A stretch of DNA of 58,018 nucleotides, the filler included, from Sphacelaria rigidula (lineage: Eukaryota), in NCBI GenBank assembly GCA_964200075.2. It is 5 parts of 5 records of this genome, joined end to end, with 100 filler letters (N's around TTAATTAATTAA, not from the genome) between each part and the next. Parts side by side here need not be neighbours in the genome. Positions count along the whole stretch, not along the records: positions 1 to 11,526 come from CAXNAA020004830.1; positions 11,627 to 23,151 come from CAXNAA020004831.1; 3 more parts are not named here. One strand, 5' to 3'. The position numbers were made by a program, and so were the translations under genes. Positions 1-12,943 of this stretch are shown here, piece after piece. The notes under the pieces are model-generated. The model did not search any database. It was not told the DNA's origin and was given only the letters and a program-made list of their open reading frames with translations. Each line of letters begins with the position of its first letter. Position 1 is the stretch's first letter.

Positions 1-1059
1 CGATTTACGTGAAGATTTCGCCTCCCAAAACCGTGCACTTTTGGGGGGGGGGCTATCGTAGAAAGTGTCTGTTATCCAACACAAGCGCACCGCAAATGTG
101 TTGGGTCGTCTGACGCACTCATGACCCCGTTATTTCGTGGAATCGAACACTCCCCCCCGCCCTTTATCATAGCATGACTCTACCCTCGCCAATCATCGCA
201 GCTGGGCAGCTTGCCAACGCCTCGCCCTCGCCGATCCAGGTACCCCCTCCCCCCACGGGAAAAAGCTCTCGAGCCGTATGTTTATAAGCGGGGCGCCTAC
301 GAAAGACTGGAACCGAATGCGAGCAAAAGCCCAAACCAGATATGGCGCGTCTCCATCCAGAGACGATTAACTCTAACATATATGGAAGGTTTTCCGGTAG
401 TAATGACGCATGTAGACCCGTGTCCTCCGACGAGGATTCACGTTTTATCTCGGCTCAGCGACATGTACAGTACTCACTACCCAGTCAGTAGCAAAGGACG
501 TTCGTGTATTTTTGGTTCCCAGCAGCATTCCAAATCTCGCCTTCCGCGCTCCTCAGGGGCAACAAAAGACACAATACCTACAGTGTTTCGAAGCATTTTA
601 CGACAGCGGGTGCTACTATTCACAGCGAGCGCGCACCCCAAATACACATATATATGTAGGTCATCATCCAACACGTAAACGTATGTATAATGGTTGGTCA
701 TCAGGAGCGCAGGCGAAAGTGTTAATCTTTCGGCGCCCGTCCGAGCATCGCGACGATCTCCGCGTTGGCTTCTCGTCTCTCGTCCACGCTCAGGTCACGG
801 TACTTCCGTCCCGTCTTCTGCTCCCACTGAAAACACGGGACACACATGAATAAATTCGAATCAGAACACGGGATTTGTTTGAACCCCAAGCAGAGGAACG
901 TGACGGAACACGGCGCACAAAAGGGGACGAAAAAAAGAATGGCGTCAGGGAAATTAGCTTTTACGGACAGTTATCAAGATCGCCCGCGATCAAACAGACT
1001 TAGTAATCTGAATCATGCCACGTGTTTTTTTTTTACAAGATCGCTGCCGCCCCAGTAGA

Positions 1060-1375
1060 CGACTTTTTGTGTCTTTTATGAAAGAAGCATGATGAGCATT
1101 GAAATGTTGGAGGTATCTCTATTAGGAGTAGAGACGGTGCTCCGTCTCGAAAGGGATGCGTAGTCAATTTTTTTCACGTCTCAGTCTATCATGTCGTTCT
1201 GTTCGATTTTTCTGTTCCTTCTTCAGCAAGTGTTTCAGTCTTGTTTTGTCTCGGCTGGATCATGACTCCTGGAGGGTCAGTTAAAGTGCTACAATCAATC
1301 AAGCAATCAATCAATCAATTAATCATTCGGTGGTGAAATGACTGTGGCAAGTAACAAGTGAGTACGACCCCCCGC
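1060..1375 (+). mobile_element. LINE 3'-end fragment interrupted by a (CAAT)n-tailed element
   Basis: NVGGISIRSRDGAPSRKGCVVN (1100-1168) continues as EMTVASNK* plus GTACGACCCCCC (~1334-1374); homologous to the 3' end of the LINE at 49544-49670. Confidence 0.8.
1168..1325 (+). mobile_element. (CAAT)n-tailed retroposon-like repeat
   Basis: Conserved 3' end GGTCAGTTAAAGTGC(G/T)ACAATCAATCAA; further copies at 2915-3080 (-), 6485-6702 (+), 34494-34774 (-) and 57140-57310 (+). Confidence 0.75.
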
Positions 1376-1552
1376 GGACGATCAAGGTGACACATCGGCA
1401 CTAATCCCTTCATTGGATTTTGGAGGGGGGTCGACGTCAGGCCGAAGAATACCGTGCTATTTATTTACGGTTGCCGTTCTCTCCGAAAAAGCTTGACGAG
1501 CTGAGCTCACGATTGAGCACACCCTCCGTTGGTCCTATAGGCTATACTTACA

Positions 1553-1800
1553 GTGACACAATATGTGTGCGTGTGCGTTGTATGTGTTGTGTTGTCGTCC
1601 CATCTATTCTGGACGTTGGTTTACACCTTTCGGTATATGTGGGCGTACCGGCAAGGGTCACACAGGAGGAAGGCCAACACAGGAGTTTTTCATTATCGTT
1701 TTGTTTCAGTTCTCCACCTTCCTCCTGCGGTGCTTGCCTTTATTTTTTATCGCGCGAGGGGTCCAGCAGTCTCTTTCCCTCGTCGACCATCGAGTCGATT
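1553..1800 (-). mobile_element. SINE family A copy (5'-truncated)
   Basis: Reverse-complement match to 10510-10770 (ATTCTGGACG, AGGAGGAAGGCCAACACAGG, TGCTTGCCTTT) with a degenerate TG tail. Confidence 0.78.
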
Positions 1801-1888
1801 TTTTTTCATAGACATTTTTTTTTCTCTTGCACATATTGAGCACACACTCTTCATGGTGTGGAAAAGAAAGAGCAAAAAAAATCTCAAG

Positions 1889-2108
1889 GGCCTACACGTT
1901 ACACTCGTTACGTGTTACGTTTCACGTCAAAAGTTAAGCCAGGCTAGTACTACGGTAGGGGACGGGGACCACGTGGGGGGAGCCCTGTTCAAAAGTCAAG
2001 TCAAATCAGGGCTCTCCACGTGGTCCCCCACCGTAGTACTAGCCTCGCTTAACTTTTGACGACTTTTAGACGACAAACGCGACACGTAAGCAGTGTCACG
2101 TGTAGACC
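1889..2108. repeat. Fold-back inverted repeat / MITE
   Basis: GTCAAAAGTTAAGCCAGGCTAGTACTACGGT...GGGGACCACGTGG is mirrored by CCACGTGGTCCCC...ACCGTAGTACTAGCCTCGCTTAACTTTTGAC. Confidence 0.82.
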
Positions 2109-3849
2109 GTTGAAAAAAAGCACATCCCGTGGGAATGGACGGGCCACGACCGGAGTGGAGGAGATCTGAAGAAATGTTTGTACACAATGGTTGATAGGAA
2201 ATATCGTGGAATTGTTCGAGGTAACACTAGCACTAACTCCAACCCTAACCCCGACCCAAGGCGTACGAGACCCTCGGGCAACGGAGGTGAACGCGTTCCC
2301 CTATGCAAAGTGTGCGTCGGCACAAGACCTCAAAACGACGTCGCGGGCGATTTCGATAAAAACATGTTTTGGACGAGCTGGGTCCACCGCTCACCTGCCC
2401 CAAACCATAATTTTCCTCAGAAATTTCTTCAGTCTAAAATCAAGTAGTCATCCCTGCCAACCATTGTGAACGAACATTCCTTTGGATCTACTGCCGGAGT
2501 GATCCTCCAACGCTTTGTAACAAAGCGCAAGGAAACAAGCCTATATTGTAGTGCTGGGGATCAGATATGAGCTGTCCGATCGCCTCAGAAAACACACTCG
2601 TCCCGAGGTAAGGAAGTAGGGACGAGTTGAAAGTAGAAGGAAAAATAAAGACAAAAAAAACATGAGTACGTGGAGGCGAAAAGCGGAGCGGGGGCGATGA
2701 TGATACGTGTAGATTTCCTGGAGCTGTGCGGAGCTTCAGGGTAATTTTTAGTTCCACAAACTTTCGCTAGCAGCCGCCGCATCGGGATGGTGTAATAGGT
2801 ACAACTGATACCAATTCGGTCAGAGAACCCCGGGTTCAGATCCCACCGAAGAGAATCATGTATTTTTCATTCTTGTTTCCCGAAAACGAGAGCATGTTTG
2901 ATTGGTTGGAATATTGATTGATTGTCGCATTTCAACTGATACCCCAGGAGTCATGATCCAGCTATGGTCATGATCCACATGGTATACCTACCCGAGACAA
3001 AAGTGTAAAAAGTGGACACACTCGGTGAAGGAAAGTCAACGAAACACAAGAATAGAACAGACGCACAGAGTAGACTAAGGGGTGCAAAAGACATTTCTGA
3101 GGTTTGCATTTGAAAGAGTCGCTCACCTCATCCAAAAAACGGCTTACGCAAAATATGGAGGCACTCCAATAGGCCAGGGATGTCTCGAACGGGTTTTGAA
3201 ACGTGAATTTCCTGACCCATATTTTGTGTACCTTTTGTTTGTAATATACTCAGTATATCAGCGTGAAATATTTCCGTAGCATCACTCCGGTATACCAAAA
3301 TATGGGTGCACATCTTTCACGGTGATGTACTGAATATTTCCTGACCCATATTTTAGTGATGCTACGGAAGGAGTGCACATTTTCCGCCAAAAGGGTCCTC
3401 GGGGCTGCTCGGAGTGTTGGAGAGACCATTTCGTGAATCGGCATCATTTGCTTCTGGGTTAGGGTTGCAAAGTACAGGAAGGGCGTGTCTCAGTACATCA
3501 TTTTTCGATGAAAAATGTGCGGTGGAAAAAGAAAACTCCAGTATGATACATCGTGATTTCAGCTATCGTAGTTTGTCGTGAGTGTGTTCAAAATCACGAC
3601 CTATCAGATCGGAATATTTTTTTCCACCGCACTTTTTCGACCGAAAAATGATGTGCTAAGACACGTCCGAAGTTCTAGACATTTGGGCTCCAACAAAGAA
3701 GAAACCCTAGAACCAAAAAGTGCCACCCCTACGGAAGCATCACTCACGGGTTAAAAAAATGGGGGTATAGTACTTACATAAATTGGTAAAGAGGAACTTG
3801 GTCAGCAAATATCCTTCCGAACCATGGCAGATTTTTTGGAATAGGGATC

Positions 3850-3891
<42 letters not shown>

Positions 3892-4085
3892 ATCTCACAT
3901 TAGCTGATTGCAACAATCCAGCCCCCGTGGTCAGGAGCAGCAAAAATAGAACAGAAAAATAAAAAAATACAAAAAAAGAGAGAAAAAAACAGAAAAACGA
4001 CAGAAGCAACGGCCTCAGAAAGTAAAGAAAGGGGGCAGCGATAACAACAAAAAACACCACACCATATATATAAACAGAACACACA
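3850..4085 (-). repeat. (GATT)n microsatellite plus a second (CAAT)n-tailed repeat variant
   Basis: About 10 GATT units at 3850-3891, followed by an A-rich body with a 3' end unlike the main family. Confidence 0.6.
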
Positions 4086-5032
4086 CATGGTAGTTTATAA
4101 CGAGATGGCGGTTGACTGTAGCACATCAGCTGGTTACAAGATGGGCGTCCCAAAGGTGTGACCGTCCCAAAGGTGCTTGGGTTGAATCGAAAGTGCAGTG
4201 TCCAATTCCATTGGTCCGTCATCATTGGAAAATGACGAACCCGTACACATACGTACGGACTATGCCGCAAGAATCACCGACGGGTGCAAAATATTCACGA
4301 CTCACTCATATAACTTGTACGAATCGCGTTTAGTTTTGCGCAAATAATGAACAATGGGGAGGAGTCATGTATGGCTAGAGTCTGCCATGTGTGCGTTGAG
4401 CGGTCTGCCCCTCTGTTATTTTATTTTTTTTTTTGTCGTCGTAGTCGTGGCGTGGCGTCGTTCACGACGAAACCTGTACGACTCGCGTGACTGAATGATT
4501 CGGTGAAAGGAGTAAACGTATGGATAACCATGACGATGATTTATTTATTTTTTCTCGTGTACGTGCATCAATTTCAACGTTGTGCCCTGTAGGGAAAGAT
4601 GGTGTCCGGTAAGGTATGAGATTTCTCAGAGAACTTACAGAACCTGCCGGGTACGGTATGGAGGTTGTACAGACACCCCTACCCGCCACCGGGTATTTCG
4701 GTATACCCGTACCTCGGGTTAGGGCACATTTTCGTACAGATGTCGCAGACCTGTCGGGTACGGATAATACGCGGGTAAATACCACACCCTGAACATTGGA
4801 ATACACTGTCAAAAAGTGTACTGTGTACAGTATCGGCTATTGCGCCTATTGCAGCAGACAACAGATTCCATACTGTACGAAGTATAGTTTTTACAATATA
4901 ATCTGTTGTCCAGGGTGTGGTAGATACCCAGGGTATACAAAAAGTGGTATCCCAGGGAACACAAGCTTGCATCATTTCATCCCTCCCTGTCGTCGTGACG
5001 TTGCCTGGTGATGTTGCTCATGCTGAGGGCAG

Positions 5033-8000
5033 GCCCTTGATGGACATTCTAGTGCTGACTGCTGAAGGAGACGGTGCCAGCAAGAGAGACGCCAAGCACA
5101 AGGCCGCCGAGGCTATGATTTACGTATTGCTGCCGGAGGTGAGTAAATGCAGTAGCATGCAGTAGCGCCGTTGAAGAACCAAAAAGCGGCAGTTAGTTGA
5201 AGTGAATTTTTTCATCAAACGCTGAGGCTACGCTTCTCGGCGGACGTCAGTCGAGCGGAAGAAGTTGCTGGTTGATCCCGTTGCCCATGGAACAATCATC
5301 ACATGCAAAAAAATAAGCCCACGAACGATCAAACAATTGCTATTAAGGCTCGTCAAGACTCATCAAGCAACCAGGAATGTCGAACGCCTCCTAGGAGGCG
5401 CTCCGCCTCGTACTAGGCGTCAGTCTACGCCTACGCGGGCGAGACTATAGGCACCCCCCCCCCTCAAATACTCGGCACTGCTTCCATAGGTGCTCACAGG
5501 CAGGTCGAAGGCATTCACGAAATTGAAGTCGAAGGCATTCACGAGATTGATACAGGGAGCAATGCTACGGGAGGGGTGCACTTTTTTCGCGAAATCTTGT
5601 CTGGTTCAGGGGCTCCTAACGATTCTAGACGCACGAGAACTGGATGCGGGCATCCCCGTTTGCAGATTTATTCGGGATATCCTCAGCACGTTGGAATAGT
5701 TATCCTGGCGTACTCTCGCATATGATCATGAGTCATGTTCTGGATGAGATGAAGGGCTCCTAACAATTCTAACCTCGGAAAATATTTATTTACCCCTACC
5801 GTAGCATCACTCCAGTCTCTTTCCTTCATTATATTGGTCGCGCGGTTTCCATCGTACAGTATTTGGAGAACTTCATGGGGGAAAGAAATGTTGTTTGTCA
5901 CCACTGTTGATTGTTTTAGAGGCATTTTGGAGAGTGGGTGGTGAAAAATGCAGCGTTGAACCTGTTTGCCACAAGTACAATGGGTGTATTTTCTCAAAGT
6001 AGTTTTTTCCTCACACGCCATACACAGCGACCAATCGCTCACCAGGGTATTTTGCCAAGTCGTGATTGGTTGATGAATCGAGGATCAGACACTACTGATT
6101 TGTTTGGGGTGGGGAGACGTTGCAGTAGAGTTGACCGGCGTTAGGCTACAAATGTCCATGGTTGACACATTACTTGTGTTGAGTTTGTACAATGAGGATC
6201 GGATCTTCAGTAGGGCTGACAGTCCCGTGTGCTCCTCGCGTGCGCAGAAGGCGTTTTCGCTGATATTGGCACCACACGCGCCGATTTGGGATCTATCAAG
6301 GCCGCACTTTGCCTAGGGAATGCTATGTACCGCCCTTGCCCGAGAGTTCTCGGTATGCGTTGGGTTGGGGTTAAGGTCATGGGTAGCGATACTTGTAGAA
6401 CTGTGTCAACCATGTGCATTTGTGGCTCAACGTCGGTAGACTATCCTCAAACGTTGATACGTACGTGTCCCACAGAGCAGAACGGGGGTGTCGTTTGCAC
6501 ATTTTTTTATTACTTCTTTTTTTTTCAGTCTACTCTGTTCGTCTGTTGTTTCTTTCTGCTTTTTCACCCTTCTTGAGCAGGCGTTCATGTTTTGTTTCGC
6601 TTGGGCACGTCTACCTTGTGGATAATGGTCAAATCATGCCTGGGTATCTCGGGGAACAATCAATGTGCGACAATCGATCAAAAAATCAAATCAGCCAATC
6701 AAACCTTTTGACGGTAATGTTGCTATAGAAAAAAGAAGACCAAGGGTAGGTCGAGTAGAGTATACTCAATTGCGGTATATTTTGAAAGTCGTACTTGAAG
6801 TACATAAATTGGGGGTAGGGTTTCAGAAATCACTTCCCAGCTATTTTTTGGGTACGACTCCCAACACTTTGCCCTAACTTGGAGTACCCCAAGTACGTCT
6901 TTCAAAATACCCCGCAATTGAGTATACTCTACTCGACCTGCCCTTGAAGAGAACAGTCGATCTGTACTGAACAGAACATGCCGTTTCGCCCGAATTTACA
7001 AAGCAGTTCTCATTGGTCTGTGGATGATGACCTACTCCGTGGACCGGAGGTGTTGCGGATGACGATAGGTGTCTCTCTCCTGTGTGTGATCGACGACAAG
7101 GTTGGGCTCTGCTGGGTCACGTTTCCTGTTCAGTTGACTCGTGTCTGCAACATTTGATTGAAAACATCGGCGCCCTCGCCTGTTGCATGTTGCACCCAGC
7201 GCTGTCGTGGACTTTCCCTGGTTCAGTGCGCCGCATCATGATGCTCTCTGGCGTGTGTGTTGTTATTCATGCTCCTGTCGTGTGTCCGTTGCATGTGTAT
7301 GTGCTTTTGCTTGTCCGCAGTGCAAGAATGAGGCTGAGATGCGTGCAAAGTCCACGGAGATCATGCAGAAGTACCAAGCGGAGAAGAAGGTGCGACTTCA
7401 AGGGTTGCGCATTTGATCTGTACTGGACAGCACGTTTATCAGTGACTGTAAGATCTATGTACGTGATGTGTACTGGGCCGAGCGTGTCGTTCATTGCGAA
7501 CCAAGCATGTATATATTTATATTTGATTTACTCTGGGCCAAATATTAGTCCTTGCACGCTGGCAGCAGGTTTTATTTGTAGCAGTGGGCAGAGCGCTTTG
7601 ATTATTGTACTTTGAGCTAAAAATCAGTGCGTTTGATCTGTACGAAGCAAAATGTCCTGTTTCATTCTGTGTAGATGAACCATCGCTCCTGCCTTTCACG
7701 TATACCGTGCATGCTAAATTAGACACTGCCGGACAATTACGACAAGCAAGCTTGGACCTTGGACGATGAAGAATGGATGCCGCAAGATATTATTTTTCGT
7801 TTCTACAAGCTGCATGGAATCAAACTTTGACCGCCTGGAATAGAATCTTTATTATCGCAATGCATTGCGGTGAACTTCAATTCTCCGTTCACATTGGTTA
7901 TTTTCCATTGCCCCCTCCCCCGCTGTCTTGTTCCACTCCCTCCTCCATCAGGTTAGGATGGAGGAAGAGCAGAGAGTCGCTCAAAAGGAGAAAGCCGAAA

Positions 8001-9956
8001 GAATAGCCAGGAGAGCCGCTGACAAGGCTAAACGAGCCGCCGATAAAAAGGCTAAAGATGCAGCTTTGGCGGAGGGAAACACTTCAAGCGAGGTAGACGT
8101 CGAGGGTGCTCAAGTGGCCTCCTCGAACGGGCCAAACGATGACTCAGGTGAAGCCTTGAAAATAACATGTGTGCCGTAGAATAAGGTCTATCATCCGTAC
8201 CTTCTGTATCAACCACTGAGCAACATACCCCGGTGATGCGTTTTCGGCTCTTGTTGGCGCCATACGGGTACAAAAAAGGTCCTCCTTTAGTGCGGTGGGC
8301 GCCTGCGCGGCATGACCGCACTGTGCAGGGGGGGACCCTTCACGATATTGGTATAATGCAATTACTTGATTTTGGTATAGCGGATCGGATTTGTGGCTGG
8401 TGATTACGACCGCACTGTAATGAGATCCTTACCGGAGCACAGTAGTTGGCGGTCTAACTATTCGGGGTGTTTGGGGGGGTTTCCTCGCGTTCTAGTTTGC
8501 GATATAACTCGAAATTGTTAGCGTCGGTTGATTTTGGTACAAAAAACAGGTCATTCTCGAAACACAGTTCCCAAGTCAGTGTTAATTGCTGTTATCGGGC
8601 GGTAAGAGCAAATACCCCGTTCATCATGAGGGTGTTATTGACCGTGAAACACAGTTTCCGGCTCTATAATGGTGCAGTGGTAAAAGTTCACAAAAATGAA
8701 CATTTCTCCATAAATATAAACGGGACAGGCTCTATCGACCGAAAGCACCGAAGAGAAAGAATCTGGGCTGAAACGTCGCAGGACCCCCGATGAATGGTCA
8801 GACCGTAAGTCACTCAATATGGAGTACAGATGATTTTTTTCTTGGAATATGGAGGAGATAGGAATATCTTCAGATCCCAAACGTGATGAACGGTGCCAAG
8901 CGAAACGAGCCCAAGAAAATCGCCAATTACGAAAAAATCACAAAATGCCACAAAATGAATATAGTTAGTAGACCGCCCACTACTGCACTGTATGTAGTAT
9001 ATCTCCCCTGGGTGTCGAGGGTACGCGTTTCAAGGTCTCTTCTCCTGAAGTAGAGGCGTGTTTTTTACTTCTTCTACGGTATAGTGTATCATGTGATGAC
9101 AATAAGCAGTGATCACGAAATATTAAATGTGTAGATCTTCAGTTTTCATGGCAACGTCTGCATCCAGCATGTTTTGGAGTATGTCTACATTTTAGAGGAC
9201 ATTTCGTCATCTCAGAGACAGTTTTTGCAGTAGTTTATGGTATGTCATGTAGTAGGTTTAACAGATGCTACATCCATAGCTGCGCTATAATAAACGTTTT
9301 TATTGATGTTTGTTGTTGGAGCGTGCGCTGCTTGTTTGTAAATTTGTTTGTTCGTTCGTTTATTTGTTTTCATCACTTGTGAATGCAGCATGTATTTCTT
9401 GTCGAGCCTCCGATGATTCGATCGCCCGCCAATGCTCGTATGTTTGAACCTGAGTCATTCCCCAGAGGAACATGATTACAGTTCAACAGATATCAGCAGA
9501 CACCCTGCTGACGTGGCAAAAAAAAAACGTTCGAGCAGAGAGATTATTTAGGGTACACGGCTATCAACCCATCAACCATAGAGGAAGCCAAACGTCGCTA
9601 ACGTTCGGTTTCCCCGCCCGACACTCCTGTATCCCATCAGGTGCAGCAGGCGCAGCAGAGGCTTCCGGTGGTGCCAACGTAGAAGGTAACGGGGCTGGTA
9701 ACCCGAACGGAGAAGCAGCGGGCTCGAATAAAGCACGTCCGTCAGCTGGTGGATCGGCTAAACCGGGCCCCGCTCAAGAGAAAGGTGGTGGTAGTGCGAA
9801 GGCTGCTAGTGCTGAGTCTGCTGGTGCGTGGTGTGTGTGCAATCGCGATCGGAAGTGAAATTGTGTTTATTCGTACGCTACGAAATGGCTAGATTATGTG
9901 ATTTTTTACTATCGCATTTACCCTTTTACTCAGACCCACGGTCGAAATATATGTGA
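5033..9956 (+). CDS. Partial multi-exon gene: dsRNA-binding motif (dsRBD) followed by a charged coiled coil and a Gly/Ala-rich tail
   Basis: Phase-compatible GT-AG exons: ~5033-5138 (acceptor uncertain; LTAEGDGASKRDAKHKAAEAMIYVLLPE matches the dsRBD C-terminal GxGxSKxxAKxxAAxxxL helix), 7321-7389 (CKNEAEMRAKSTEIMQKYQAEKK), 7952-8147 (VRMEEEQRVAQKEKAERIARRAADK...), 9641-9823 (GAAGAAEASGG...), and a tentative last exon 9934-9956 (DPRSKYM*). The N-terminal part was not located. Confidence 0.75.
6741..6946. mobile_element. MITE with ~55-bp terminal inverted repeats (hAT-like ends)
   Basis: CAAGGGTAGGTCGAGTAGAGTATACTCAATTGCGG...CCGCAATTGAGTATACTCTACTCGACCTGCCCTTG; flanks AAGAAGAC and AAGAGAAC. 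Confidence 0.75.
8440..8985. mobile_element. MITE with short terminal inverted repeats
   Basis: CAGTAGTTGGCGGTCTAACTA...TAGTTAGTAGACCGCCCACTACTG, inside a dsRBD-gene intron. Confidence 0.6.
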
Positions 9957-10375
9957 ATGGCCGGGCAGGTACGCACTGAAAGACGCCAGTCTCTGGTGAG
10001 TAGAAGGGGTATCTCAGTGCATTACTACGGCGCCAAGCCGCAGACAGTCGTCATACTTTTTCCCCACGCAAGAAGAAATACAACATGACAACATGAGCAG
10101 AAACTACTCGAATGGGAAAAGCCCCGAGCAACGGTATATTCCGATGGAATGACAGGGAGTCGCAAGAAGAATGCAGAAAGTAGTGCTGAACATGTACCGT
10201 ATGGTAGTGCACATACATGGCAAGCAGAGACGGGGAGGCAATTGAGCAAGAGCTTTCAAGAATGCTTGATCATATGTTCATCAGTAGATGTAGGTGGGAC
10301 ATCTTTCACTTTCCATCCCATCAAACGTCTCACGCAGACCCTTGGTGGAGAAGTGGAATATAACACGTACAATTA

Positions 10376-10721
10376 GCCGGTCGCCCCGGTGGCTCAGTTG
10401 TTGACCTCGAACCCTTCTGAGGAATGGGTCGTGGGTTCGAATTTCGGTCAAGTCATACGATCTGGGTCTTCATCCCTCCTAAAGCCAGCGTCTGTGTCGT
10501 GGGTACACCAGAGTCTACTTGATTGCCGACTAGGGAAAGGGACTGCTGAACCCCTCTCGCGATGAAAAATAAAAGGCAAGCACTGAAGGAGGAAGTTGGA
10601 GAATTTGAAACAAACACAAGAAGACAAAACGCCTGTGTTGGCCTTCCTCCTGTGACCCCGGCAGATGCGCTCACATACACCAAAACGTGTAGACCGGCGT
10701 CCAGAATAAATGGGAGGAGAA

Positions 10722-10770
<49 letters not shown>
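10376..10770 (+). mobile_element. tRNA-derived SINE, family A, with a (CA)n tail
   Basis: A-box TGGCTCAGTTG and B-box GGTTCGAATT in the head; body shared with the inverted copy at 1553-1800; ends in ~23 CA repeats. Confidence 0.78.
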
Positions 10771-10773
<3 letters not shown>

Positions 10774-11384
10774 GTCTACAGTCTTGTGAAAAAGGACCTC
10801 AACAACTGTCACGCGTAGATTTTGCTTCAAGTGCTCACTGCGGCGGCGCGTGGTTCGTGATCGGAACGGAGGTTGGACGCTCTTTCCACCGCCACGAGCA
10901 TTTCCCGTTTGTTTTATTTCACTGACAAATTGAGCGACAGCCTGTTTAGGCGGTTTTGCGTGCTGCATGATACACGGCAGAGACAATGTTGTAGACAACG
11001 GCACAGCAGTCTGTGTGGAGCCCCCGGGGTAGGGCCGACGTGAACCCTGTCAGGGGTTGAGATAAAGGCAGTAGAGCGTGCGCGGGAAGGGGGGGCACTC
11101 CGTTGTCGCAATGAGTTACACCCCAAATGTCGGCTGCATGGGAAGGACAACTCCGGGACACACACAATGTGGTTATGTGAGGTTAGCTGTATACTCTTAA
11201 TGCGAGTCGAACTGAAATTGTGGAGACCTCCGAGCAAAGCTACCGCGCGGCGGACAAGTTACAGTCGAAATTCGAACCTTGGAGGCGGTACAAGTCGTTC
11301 GTTAAACTGGCAAGAAACATGTTGTTTATACCGTGGGTTCATGTTTTCAGTAACTTGATGTCCATAACTTCCGCCCCCCTCTCC

Positions 11385-11470
11385 TGCTCCGTCTCGAAAG
11401 GGTCAATATTCAAACGACTAAGGCAAGTAACAAATGAGTACGCCCCCCCCCCCCCCCCCCCCCCCCCCCC
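11385..11470 (+). mobile_element. Very short LINE 3'-end fragment with a poly(C) run
   Basis: GCTCCGTCTCGAAAGGG...GACTAAGGCAAGTAACAAATGAGTACG followed by ~28 C. Confidence 0.8.
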
Positions 11471-11526
11471 GTTTTCGGGGGGGGGGCCACACCCGCCCAA
11501 AAAAAAGGAAAAAAAAAACAAAGCGG

Positions 11527-11626
11527 NNNNNNNNNNNNNNNNNNNNNNNNNNNNNNNNNNNNNNNNNNNNTTAATTAATTAANNNNNNNNNNNNNNNNNN
11601 NNNNNNNNNNNNNNNNNNNNNNNNNN
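11527..11626. other. Artificial contig-joining spacer (N44-TTAATTAATTAA-N44)
   Basis: Exactly 100 bp with a six-frame-stop linker; recurs identically about every 11.62 kb. Confidence 0.98.
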
Positions 11627-12943
11627 CGGGAAACTGGGGAAGCTGTGGTGTGAGCAACTTTTAGCAGCTTTCAAGCTGGCCCAGCTCGTAGAACATACGT
11701 TACTGTTCCCGCTAGGTCTAATTCACTTTCCGCTGTTCCACGCGATTTTGCTTGGGATTGAATAGGGATTCACCTACCCTCCTTGCGCATGTATCTGTTC
11801 TGAACGTTGCTTCAGTGGGATACTTGATGTCTGTGGATCGATGTGGTGCTACCACACGTTGTTTCTTCTCCCCTCGAACGTGCCTGGCAAGATTTTTGTG
11901 AACCCCGCAGCCCTCTTGAAATAAAGCGCTGATGCCCTTCAAGGTATGCGTGTTTCCTCTGTGACCTGCACAACGATTAGTACCAGACGAGCAGCTCTGT
12001 GTACCATCGAGGAGCTGATCTGCACTGAGGGGGACAGGGGGGAGGGTGAACACCACATCAGCAGCAAATTCCACCGCTGTTTGTCTCACGTAGTACCTCT
12101 TATTTATCAAGGGTGTCTACTGTACGTTGATTATCATCCACGGTCTTGTATTGTTATGCAACTTCTCTCTGGAATGTGGTCGTCTCACACGGACGTCCGT
12201 ACGGGATATCCCATCCCAGATGTATAACAATCCGGGACACCAGATCCGCCAGGGATGCGGATATGTCATGAGAAGTTCCATCTGAAATATGAACGTACAC
12301 CTGTGATATATGTATCTTCGGTATCCATGTCCAAGATGGCTATCTGTGTATTGTGACGGTCCACATGGACATCCATACCCTAGATGAATTTTTTCGTATG
12401 AATATCCACATCCAAGATGGAGGTTGGACGATAAAGTAAGGCTCTCCCGTCCCCTACCTTGCCGATCACAATTAATTATTGCTCTCAGAACGAGTCATAC
12501 TTGCTGCGTGCCTTAGGTTGCCTTGGTGACGTACACAAGGATCATATGGACTGATTTGCGGTCGAGGGACAGGGGTCAAATATCTCGAAGGCCGTGACAT
12601 TTTTCAGTCATGAAGTGAGATGCAGTAGTCAGCGTCAGAAGTATGCAGAATTCGTAATTTCGTTTGCCACCGCTCATCGCAGTGACTGTTGGATGCCAAA
12701 AAATGGGCATCTAGAAATATTTCAACAGTCCTGACAAATGTGAAAGAAAAAATACCTGCGATCAATGCTGAGTGACTTACGGGCTTGGCCGATCTTCGGG
12801 CGTCCTGCGAAAGTACCGCCCCAGGTTTTAGCTTTTCGGTATTTTCAGTGGACTGACTCGATCTCGAGCATGTAAGTGAAGATTTTTTTTTAATCCACCT
12901 ATTCACTACGCTAAAGGCGGAAAGCTATGTTTCTTGGATCATT

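Noticed and set aside
2552..2607. Candidate upstream exon of the dsRBD gene (donor GAG|GTAAGG)
   Set aside because: One frame is phase-compatible, but it lacks recognisable dsRBD features and has a weak acceptor.
2774..2860. tRNA-like sequences here and at 10380-10450, 15100-15145 and 28000-28075
   Set aside because: A and/or B boxes are present but there is no complete cloverleaf; they resemble SINE heads.
3455..3467. GGGTTAGGGTT telomere-like motif (also ~2240 and ~4715)
   Set aside because: Only one or two units, embedded in other repeats.
10448..11004. CVCVCV / HTHTHT ORFs
   Set aside because: They are translations of the SINE body and the (CA)n tail.
11571..11582. TTAATTAATTAA as a biological motif
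   Set aside because: It is an artificial linker embedded in N runs.
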